From Clostridiaceae bacterium (GTDB lineage Bacteria > Bacillota > Clostridia > CAYPLH01 > DUMO01), in contig DUMO01000012.1 of assembly GCA_012839865.1 (NCBI GenBank), positions 1 through 41,941 on the forward strand: DNA of 41,941 bases. Reading direction: 5' to 3'. Every line of letters starts with the position of its first letter. The stretch's first letter is position 1. The translations under genes and the position numbers were made by a program. Below, in pieces: positions 1 through 7,598 of the stretch. The notes beneath the pieces were generated by a model that worked only from the letters and a program-made list of their open reading frames with translations, did not search any database and had not been told where the DNA came from.

Positions 1-440
1 GCTGTATGTATGTCATAAAAATTGCTATCTTTTTCTGGTGTAGGCATGGGATTAAAGTGATCCCACTGTCTGGATCCGCTAAAGCTTAGTGCAGGTGGCA
101 CCTGAATATGAAAGCTTCCCGAATGAACCATGTGTGTCTTGCCAACCGAAACACAACTGTATCCATTATCCCTTAATATTCCCATCCACGTAGTTTCCAA
201 ATTATCCATACTGAATTTCCCGTTTCCATGGCACCCCAGCTTCCATGCGTTACGCCCGGTCAGAAACACATGCCTGGAAGGTACACATGGAAGAGATGCT
301 GTATAAAAACCCTTAAAGCTGACCGATTCATCCCTTAACTTCAACATGTTTTCATAACCTTTGCTGAACCCATGGTCAAGCATATCTGAGCGCTGCTGAT
401 CAGACATTATGAATACAACATTATACTTGCCCTTGACCAC
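1..440 (-). CDS. Sulfatase (arylsulfatase/choline-sulfatase-like), N-terminal part; runs off the left edge
   Basis: Not in the ORF track. Manual translation from GTG at 440 (RBS GAGGTG) gives VVKGKYNVVFIMSDQQRSD...SLPCVPSRHVFLTGR...GYSCVSVGKTH. This has the sulfatase NxxFIxxD motif, the CxPSR formylglycine motif and the GKxH motif. Confidence 0.88.
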   Translation of the reverse strand, partial: MVKGKYNVVFIMSDQQRSDMLDHGFSKGYENMLKLRDESVSFKGFYTASLPCVPSRHVFLTGRNAWKLGCHGNGKFSMDNLETTWMGILRDNGYSCVSVGKTHMVHSGSFHIQVPPALSFSGSRQWDHFNPMPTPEKDSNFYDIHT

Positions 441-522
441 TTGAAATGACACCTCGCATATTCATGTAATTATTTTTATACGCCCTGTTAATAATAACTA
501 TAAAAAATGTTTTTCGAGCATG

Positions 523-536
523 CGTAACCGCTTACG
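523..536. promoter_or_regulatory. Candidate LacI-family operator 1 (CGTAACCGCTTACG)
   Basis: Near-perfect palindrome with central CG, about 80 bp upstream of the sulfatase start; nearly repeated at 725-738. Confidence 0.55.
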
Positions 537-722
537 TTTATTTCTTCAATTAAGAATCTTGTACAAATCACTTTTACAGTAAATCTACGGTGTATTGCGA
601 ATTTCATGAAGCATACCTTTTTGAACTTTTGCTGCTGATTTGCCTAATAAAAAAGCAGCCACTGTTGACATGATTTATCGTCTGGTCTGTTTAGTATGAA
701 TACTGCATTTAATATATAATTT

Positions 723-740
723 TCCGTTACCGCTTACGGA
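723..740. promoter_or_regulatory. Candidate LacI-family operator 2 (TCCGTTACCGCTTACGGA)
   Basis: 13/14 identical to operator 1, with extended palindromic flanks TCCG/CGGA. Confidence 0.5.
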
Positions 741-1084
741 TAAATTCTAGCACTTCTCTAATCTATTGTCAATATCTCAAATTAATATAGCATTGCATTC
801 AAAGGTATTTGCAGTTGATTCATAAATTAATTAACAATAAAATAGTCGTTCTTAACATGTATAAACAAATAAAATTTAAGCACTTGCAGTAATAAAGATA
901 ATATAGGTAGTACGGGAGTTTACATTGGTGTAATAATACTTGCCATGTTTAACATCCTTAAATTTGTGAAGACTATATACATTCACCTGCCATGCAGGTT
1001 GAAGGGCACAAAACATTGAGGTATTATAAAATTATGAAAAACCTTCCCTTATATAGATGGTAAAATAACAGGCGGTGAATTATT

Positions 1085-2074
1085 TTGAGTCATTTTTTCG
1101 CAGGATTGGCAAGTTTGATTGTTGCAGTAATTTTTATACTTCTCTGTTGTACACTCTACTTCTATAGTCTGGCGATAAAACGCAATAAAAAGGATTTTTT
1201 AAGACATAGCAAGGACCTGGCTCAAACTATGGAAACTTATAAAAATAAAAACTCATTTCAAGAAGCATCGGAACAAGGCGAACAGCTCCCGCCCTTTGGC
1301 GGTAAAGAATGGATTGAAAGTATGCCCTGCGAAACCTGGAACATAGTTTCAAAGGATGGCCTGAAATTAGCAGGTTGCTTTATACCGGCGAAAAAAAGCA
1401 CAGGCAAAACCGTAATCATTGCCCATGGATATTCTTCCAAGGGAAGGGATAACGGCAGCTTTGCAAGATTTTATCATGAAAAGCTTGGTTTCAACGTGCT
1501 TATGCCGGATGCCAGGGGACATGGGGCCAGTGAGGGGAACTATATTGGTTTTGGGTGGCCGGAGCGATTGGATTATCTTCTATGGATTCAAAAAGTAATT
1601 GAGCAGGTTGGAGCTCACTCACGGATTGTGCTTCATGGCATTTCCATGGGAGGGGCTACGGTTATGATGACAAGCGGAGAGGATTTGCCAAAGCAGGTCA
1701 AGGCCATCATCGAAGATTGCGGGTACACTTCCGTATATGACGAATTGTCCTGGCAGATGAGGCGTCTGTACCACTTGCCTCCTTTCCCGCTGCTTCCTAT
1801 AACAAGCCTGTTTACAAAACTGAGGGCGGGATATGATTTTTACGAAGCCTCATCTGTTGAACAGGTAAAAAAGAGCAAAACTCCAATACTGTTTATTCAT
1901 GGGGATTCAGATACCTTTGTGCCTGCATGGATGGTCTGGGAATTATATAACGCATGCAACTCCGAAAAGGATATTTATATTGTGAAAGGCGCAGGTCATG
2001 GTGTGGCTTATGACACAGACAGGGCTTCATATGAAAAAAAGGTGGCTGAATTTATCGGGCGTTACATAGACTAG
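1085..2074 (+). CDS. Alpha/beta hydrolase with N-terminal membrane anchor (YqkD-like)
   Basis: HGY oxyanion region, GISMG nucleophile elbow, HGDSD and AGHG catalytic Asp/His motifs; hydrophobic N-terminus; TTG start after GGCGGTG. Confidence 0.9.
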   Translation: MSHFFAGLASLIVAVIFILLCCTLYFYSLAIKRNKKDFLRHSKDLAQTMETYKNKNSFQEASEQGEQLPPFGGKEWIESMPCETWNIVSKDGLKLAGCFIPAKKSTGKTVIIAHGYSSKGRDNGSFARFYHEKLGFNVLMPDARGHGASEGNYIGFGWPERLDYLLWIQKVIEQVGAHSRIVLHGISMGGATVMMTSGEDLPKQVKAIIEDCGYTSVYDELSWQMRRLYHLPPFPLLPITSLFTKLRAGYDFYEASSVEQVKKSKTPILFIHGDSDTFVPAWMVWELYNACNSEKDIYIVKGAGHGVAYDTDRASYEKKVAEFIGRYID

Positions 2075-2285
2075 GTCTATTGCCCGGAAAACATGATTCA
2101 CGTTTTTCCCGCAGCATTCTTGCTTTGCACATGTCCACCGAATATCAGAATGCCCGGAAAACCTGAATACGTACTTTCCGCCACCTTGTCAATATCTTAT
2201 TTTTAAACTCCTGCCTGCCGGGAAGGTTTCAGAGAATTGAAAACCATAACTATATTGCCCAAAAATCGTGCTGACTCACCGTTCC

Positions 2286-4817
2286 CTATGCCGTTGCGAT
2301 TTGGCTTGCTTCATACAAATTCAGTTTTTCAATAGCCTGCTCCCTTATCTTGTATTTCAGGACCTTTCCTGCGGCATTCATCGGAAATTCCGTAACAAAT
2401 TCAATATAGCGGGGGGTTTTGTGCTTTGCCATGTGCAAACGGATGTATTCCCTAAGCTCGTCGGGAGTCATCTCTTCCCCGTCCTTTAGTATCACACACG
2501 CCAAAATCTCCTCTCCATACTGTTTGTCAGGAACCCCTACAACCTGGACATCTCTAACCTTTGGATGAGTATAGATGAAATCCTCTATTTCTTTTGGATA
2601 GATATTTTCGCCACCCCTGATAATCATATCCTTGATGCGTCCGGTTATCTTGAAGCAACCGTTCTCATCCCGCCTTGCCAGGTCCCCTGTATGCAGCCAG
2701 CCATCTTCATCAATTACGGCGGCAGTTGCCTCAGGCATCTTATAGTAGCCTTTCATAATGTTGTATCCTCTTGCAACAAACTCACCGTCAACATTATCCG
2801 GCAAGTCTTCTCCAGTTACAGGATGTACTATTTTGCACTCGACACCGGTCAGAGCACGGCCTACGGTATTGACACGAATATCAATGGAATCATCCACCCT
2901 GCTCATTGTGCACCCGGGCGAAGCCTCCGTCTGGCCAAAGACTATGGTTATCTCCTTCATATTCATTTTGCCGACAACATCCTGCATGACTTTCACAGGA
3001 CAGGGGCTTCCTGCCATAATGCCTGTTCTCATATGGGAGAAGTCGGTCTTCGCAAAGTCCTCATGTTCCATCATTGCAATAAACATTGTCGGAACCCCGT
3101 TTACACAGGTTATCTTTTCCCTGCTGATGCATTCGAGGGAAATCTTCGGGGAGAAGTACGGAATCGGGCACATGGTTGCGCCATGGGTCATACAGGCGGT
3201 CATGGAAAGCACCATTCCGAAGCAGTGAAACATGGGAACCTGAATAAGCATACGGTCTGCAGTTGACAAATCCATGTTGTCTCCAATGGTTTTGCCATTG
3301 TTTACCACATTGTAATGAGTAAGCATTACACCCTTGGGGAAACCTGTTGTTCCCGAGGTGTATTGCATGTTGCAGACATCATGCTTGTTGATGGAATAAG
3401 CGCGGCGGTATACCTCTTCAATCGGGACCCTACTTGCCAGTTCCAAGGCATCATCCCAGGTCAGGCAGCCTTTTTGTCTGGAGTCAATCGTAATTATATT
3501 CCTGAGAAACGGCAGGCGCTTAATATGCAATGGTTTTCCCGCCTCTGCAGTTTCCAGTTCAGGGCAAAGCTCTTTGATAATTGAAACGTAATTTGAATCC
3601 TTGTACCCGTCTATCATAACAAGTGTATGGGTATCCGACTGGCGCAGCAGGTATTCAGCTTCATAAATCTTGTAAGCGGTGTTCACAGTGACTAAAACGG
3701 CTCCAATCTTTGTGGCGGCCCAAAATGTAATAAACCACTGGGGCACGTTTGTAGCCCAAATTGCTACGTGGTCACCGGGTTTTACACCCAGGGCGATCAA
3801 AGCTCTGGCGAACGTATCCACATCCTCCCGGAACTCCGTGTAAGTTCTTGTATAATCTGTGGTTATATATTTAAATGCATACTGGTCGGGAAATTCCTCA
3901 ACAACACGGTCAAGGACCTGGGGAAAAGTCAAATCAATTAATATATCCTTCTCCCAGATGTATTTTCCGGTGTTTGATTTATTGCTGTAAAGCCGGCTCT
4001 TTAAAGAATCCTTTTTTATATACCGGCTCATATAATTTGCAAAATTAGGGAACACAACTCCGGCATCATCAAGGTCAGCCGCCCAGCGTTTTACCCATTC
4101 AAGTGAAATGTAGCCTTCGTAATTAATTGAGCGAAGTGCCATTATCATATCATCAATTGGCAAGTCGCCTTCCCCCACCATGCGATAACGTACTTTCCCA
4201 TTCTCCATTATAGAGTCCTTTAAATGAACATACTTGATATATGCGCCCAGGTTTTGTACTGTCTTGCCTGGTCTCTCACCTGCAAACCTGTAGGTATGAT
4301 GCATGTCCCAGAGAGCTGCCACCGAATCGCTTGCAGCCTGTTCAAGCAGTTTGCAGAGCCTGGTTGTATCAGAATAAACCCCGTTGGTCTCCACCAGCAG
4401 GGTGACACCTTTCTCCTCAGCCAATGGAATCAAATCTCTTAAAGCTGACAAAACAACTTCGTCATCAACTTCTCCTTCGGGATGAGGATTGAGGTCAGCC
4501 AATATTCGGATATATGGAGTTCCAAGTTTTGAAGCCAACATTATGTATTGTTCTATTTCCTGGCGGTTTTTTTGTGCGTCTTCAGGGAATTTCAGACAGC
4601 AGCCCGATGAAAGGCAGGGGATTTCCAGACGCAATGATGATAGCTTCTTCATAGTCTGAGGAAGCTGGGATTCTGTAAAAGGCTTCGCCTTAACTGCAAA
4701 AATTTGGTCGCCAAGTCCTCTTATTTCAATACCATGGAACCCAAGGTCCTTTGCCATGGTATAAATATCAACCCAGCTAAAATTCGGACAACCAAGAGTT
4801 GAAAATGCAAGTTTCAT
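2286..4817 (-). CDS. Fusion: sugar-phosphate isomerase/epimerase-like TIM barrel (AP endonuclease 2 fold) + AMP-forming acyl-CoA synthetase
   Basis: The N-terminal ~265 aa have metal-ligand motifs (LLVET, WDMHH, VHLKD, SLEW). The C-terminal ~560 aa have the adenylation motifs YTSGTTGFPKG, FGQTE, LHTGD, GRIKD and MNAAGKVLK. RBS GGAGG; 843 aa with no break. Confidence 0.9.
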   Translation of the reverse strand: MKLAFSTLGCPNFSWVDIYTMAKDLGFHGIEIRGLGDQIFAVKAKPFTESQLPQTMKKLSSLRLEIPCLSSGCCLKFPEDAQKNRQEIEQYIMLASKLGTPYIRILADLNPHPEGEVDDEVVLSALRDLIPLAEEKGVTLLVETNGVYSDTTRLCKLLEQAASDSVAALWDMHHTYRFAGERPGKTVQNLGAYIKYVHLKDSIMENGKVRYRMVGEGDLPIDDMIMALRSINYEGYISLEWVKRWAADLDDAGVVFPNFANYMSRYIKKDSLKSRLYSNKSNTGKYIWEKDILIDLTFPQVLDRVVEEFPDQYAFKYITTDYTRTYTEFREDVDTFARALIALGVKPGDHVAIWATNVPQWFITFWAATKIGAVLVTVNTAYKIYEAEYLLRQSDTHTLVMIDGYKDSNYVSIIKELCPELETAEAGKPLHIKRLPFLRNIITIDSRQKGCLTWDDALELASRVPIEEVYRRAYSINKHDVCNMQYTSGTTGFPKGVMLTHYNVVNNGKTIGDNMDLSTADRMLIQVPMFHCFGMVLSMTACMTHGATMCPIPYFSPKISLECISREKITCVNGVPTMFIAMMEHEDFAKTDFSHMRTGIMAGSPCPVKVMQDVVGKMNMKEITIVFGQTEASPGCTMSRVDDSIDIRVNTVGRALTGVECKIVHPVTGEDLPDNVDGEFVARGYNIMKGYYKMPEATAAVIDEDGWLHTGDLARRDENGCFKITGRIKDMIIRGGENIYPKEIEDFIYTHPKVRDVQVVGVPDKQYGEEILACVILKDGEEMTPDELREYIRLHMAKHKTPRYIEFVTEFPMNAAGKVLKYKIREQAIEKLNLYEASQIATA

Positions 4818-4850
4818 TCAAAATTCCTCCTATATTTTTTTACAGTGAAC

Positions 4851-4874
4851 CAGGGGACGGTTCTTCCGGTCCCC
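4851..4874 (+). repeat. REP-like hairpin, single copy (CAGGGGACGGTTCTTCCGGTCCCC)
   Basis: GGGACGGTT core at 4854-4862, shared with the RAYT-flanking repeats; GGGGAC/GTCCCC stem; similar to 27685-27711. Confidence 0.7.
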
Positions 4875-4938
4875 GATACCGAAAGGGGCAATTCTCCCCA
4901 GACGTCCAACCTTAATGCAGTCACATTCCCCAAGCATT

Positions 4939-5230
4939 AAAAAAGCTTTCGTCTCCATAATTTTCACACAGAGACGAAAGCCAGGCTTCCGTGGTACCAC
5001 TCTTATTGGTATGTAATATACCCACTTTACAGCATCAACTAAAACTAATGCCCTCTTTTATAACGGTCAGACAACCGGTTAAGCCTACTTGCTTACTCTA
5101 TAAGCAAAAGCTTTCAGCCAACTGCTCAAGGGTGAGTTCGTATCGCCATGTGCGCTGTTTCACAGCAACCAACAGCTCTCTTTAGCAACAAAAAGCAATA
5201 CTTTTTCCCTGTCACTGCATTTTTACATTT
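4939..5230 (-). promoter_or_regulatory. T-box riboswitch leader, probable Leu specifier (CUC)
   Basis: Minus strand reads AGAGAG bulge, GCUGUGA distal loop, GAA-CUC-A specifier (5134-5136) and T-box AGAGUGGUACCACGG (4989-5003). Terminator: 11-bp stem GCUUUCGUCUC/GAGACGAAAGC (4945-4981) followed by U6. Confidence 0.9.
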
Positions 5231-5238
5231 TTTCAGAT

Positions 5239-5267
5239 ATGCTACCAGATTAATGGCCGCTTGTCAA
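5239..5267 (-). promoter_or_regulatory. Sigma-A promoter of the T-box leader
   Basis: TTGACA-N17-TAGCAT immediately upstream of T-box stem I. Confidence 0.7.
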
Positions 5268-5505
5268 TCAGGTAATTTTGAATATTAACCTGTAAAATAC
5301 TGGGTAGTTGAAATGAATGAAATGTATGTCTATTTGCAGCTGTACAGCAACACTGAATATTTACACCACTTTCAGGAATAATATCTTTGAATGCAATATG
5401 ATTGTTTCTAGCGCATCGCGTTAAAATGAAAGCTGCTTAATGCAGATGAACGCTGTGAGGAATAAATACCTTTAGCACATTGTGTTAAAATGAAAGGGTG
5501 ATAAT

Positions 5506-6816
5506 ATGTCTTTAATGCAATATCTATACAGCCGTTTGGCAGATCAGATGCTTGTCAAACTGGCTGATATGAAAATGGTTAAAATGCCGACAGCTGTTGA
5601 TAACTATTCATTTATCAAGTTTATGGGAATAGCTGAAAGAGCAAAAAATGGAAAACCTTTAAGTGAACCTCTTGGCTCAACCCTGGATTTTAAAGACTTC
5701 CAGGATCTTATGTTCCTTCCCGGCCTCTTCCCCCTTCCTGACGGCACACCGCTTAATAAAAAAGTGACAATTGGCCGGAATGCGGCAAAACCAATGGAAC
5801 TTCCTGTGCCCTTTATGATTTCGGCCATGGCTTACGGAGCATCAATAAGCAAGAAAGTTAAATTGGCTCTGGCAAAAGCATCTTCTGCCGTAGGCACAGC
5901 CACCAACTCGGGAGAAAGCGGTTTTTTGGCAGAAGAAAGAGAAATTGCAAAGCTTTATGTGGTCCAATACAACCGTGCCGGTTGGGGTAATGATCCCGCA
6001 CAGTTGAAACAGGCTGATATGATAGAAATTAAAATGGGACAGGGAGCAAGTGCAGGAGACGGTTTTTTAATCAAGCACGAGCGTATAGGAGACGAGTTAA
6101 GAAAACATCTGAAGCTGAAAGAAGGACAGGATGCAGTTATGCCTGCCCGTTTTCCGGATATAAACAATGAAGAGGACCTAAAGAAAAAGGTGGATGAACT
6201 CCGGGAATTGACCGGAGGTGTACCGATTGCAGTAAAGATAGCTGCAGGAAACATCGAAGCCGACCTGGATAAATTAATTTATGCAGGAGTCGATGCCATT
6301 GTATTGGACGGCGCCCAGGGAGAAACCGCCGGAAGTCCGGAAATCCTCATCAATAATTTTGGCATCCCTTCTTTATATGCCCTTGTAAGAGCAGCAACGC
6401 ATCTTACAAACAAAGGTGTCAAGGATAAAATTTCTCTTATAATGACAGGTGGTTTCAGGGATTCCGCCGATGTGCTTAAAGCCATCGCCCTGGGAGCAGA
6501 TGCCATCTATATTGGTTACCCGGTAGCCCTGGCAGCCGCTTATTCACAGCTTAACAGGCTTCCGGCCGGTTCAAGCCCTACAGATTTATATTTGTATGAC
6601 GGCAAGCATACAGATCTGTTCGATGTAAAGGAAGGCGCCGATTGTGCGGGCAATTTCCTGAAAGCCTTGTCGGAGGAAATGGATATAGCTTTGCGCTGTC
6701 TGGGTAAAGACTCCATTCACATGCTTACAAAAAATGATCTGGTGTCATTGACCCGGGAGATGTCACAAATAACCGGGGTTAAATTGGCTTACCCCATTCA
6801 GCCGATAAGCAATTAA
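5506..6816 (+). CDS. FMN-binding glutamate synthase family protein (stand-alone FMN domain)
   Basis: Motifs PFMISAMAYGA, NSGESG, EIKMGQGA, PIAVKI, DGAQGETAG, GGFRDSAD and ALGAD; RBS AAAGGGTG. Confidence 0.85.
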   Translation: MSLMQYLYSRLADQMLVKLADMKMVKMPTAVDNYSFIKFMGIAERAKNGKPLSEPLGSTLDFKDFQDLMFLPGLFPLPDGTPLNKKVTIGRNAAKPMELPVPFMISAMAYGASISKKVKLALAKASSAVGTATNSGESGFLAEEREIAKLYVVQYNRAGWGNDPAQLKQADMIEIKMGQGASAGDGFLIKHERIGDELRKHLKLKEGQDAVMPARFPDINNEEDLKKKVDELRELTGGVPIAVKIAAGNIEADLDKLIYAGVDAIVLDGAQGETAGSPEILINNFGIPSLYALVRAATHLTNKGVKDKISLIMTGGFRDSADVLKAIALGADAIYIGYPVALAAAYSQLNRLPAGSSPTDLYLYDGKHTDLFDVKEGADCAGNFLKALSEEMDIALRCLGKDSIHMLTKNDLVSLTREMSQITGVKLAYPIQPISN

Positions 6817-7002
6817 AAATTTAAAGCTCAAGGTGGGACCTCTGTCACCCCTCAAATTTCAGGCTGATTAAAAAATTAAGGCTTGTTATTGTTCAGCATG
6901 GGAAAATAATTTGCAGCCAAAAATTACGATTGGCAGTTAAAAGGGTCAATCCTGAACAAAGCAGATTAATGTAAAACAATAATGTTATATTGGGAGGATA
7001 CT

Positions 7003-7170
7003 ATGGCGCAAAACAATTACAAGGAAAAATTTATTGGAATGCCAATTGAAAAACATGACACCGCAGCATGGGCAAATGTTGCAAAAATGAAGCCGGTTTC
7101 AAAGGTAAATATTCCCGATGAAATACAAGTCATGGATGCAAAGGAATATGTAGATTCCAACCAGAAGTAG
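7003..7170 (+). CDS. Small DUF3787-family (clostridial spore-associated) protein, 55 aa
   Basis: PIEKHDTAAWAN...VNIPDEIQVMDAKEYVDSNQK matches the family pattern from memory; GGGAGG RBS before ATG 7003. Confidence 0.75.
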   Translation: MAQNNYKEKFIGMPIEKHDTAAWANVAKMKPVSKVNIPDEIQVMDAKEYVDSNQK

Positions 7171-7203
7171 ATTGCAACACTTTTGGCTTTTTTCATGAAA
7201 AGC

Positions 7204-7222
7204 AGTGTCTAACGACACTTTT
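7204..7222 (+). terminator. Intrinsic terminator after the DUF3787 gene
   Basis: AGTGTC-TAAC-GACACT followed by a T run. Confidence 0.5.
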
Positions 7223-7255
7223 CGGGTATATCTATGCCTGATATTTGGTTTCATG

Positions 7256-7446
7256 CATAAGAAGGGGTCCGATGCCCTGATTTCTATAACAAAAGGGGCA
7301 CGATGCCCCAATTTGATTTTATAAACATAATTCGCAACACCTCAAAACATTAGCAAAAGGAGCACAGTGCCCCAATTTAATCATTAGAAAGGTACAACAC
7401 ACAGCGTCCCAATACATTAACAAAAGGAGCACAATGCTCCAATATT
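7256..7446. repeat. Degenerate tandem array of about 5 short triloop-hairpin units
   Basis: Consensus CATTARCAAAAGGRGCACRRTGCYCCAAT. Units start near 7256, 7284, 7348, 7382 (degenerate) and 7415. Hairpins: GGGGCA-CGA-TGCCCC, GGAGCA-CAG-TGCCCC, GGAGCA-CAA-TGCTCC. Confidence 0.75.
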
Positions 7447-7598
7447 CTTGCATAAATCAACGGGGGTGCCTTTCAGGCAATCCCCCAATAATAAAATTAT
7501 TCCTGTAAATCAATTAGCTGGCCAATTGGAATATGACAGTATAACTATGTTGGCTGCAGGGCAATCAAGGACTTTTCACAACCTTGTCACAGGAGTTT

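Noticed and set aside
2081..2162. 12-bp direct repeat TGCCCGGAAAAC (2081 and 2151)
   Set aside because: Only two short copies between convergent genes; no functional context.
6831..6853. GGTGGGACCTCTGTCACC hairpin after the glutamate-synthase-like gene as another REP copy
   Set aside because: It lacks the GACGGTT core, is a single occurrence and has a weak stem.
7256..7446. CRISPR array
   Set aside because: Units are degenerate and nearly abutting with no unique spacers of constant length, and there are no cas genes. The same applies to 30977-31157 and 27685-27860.
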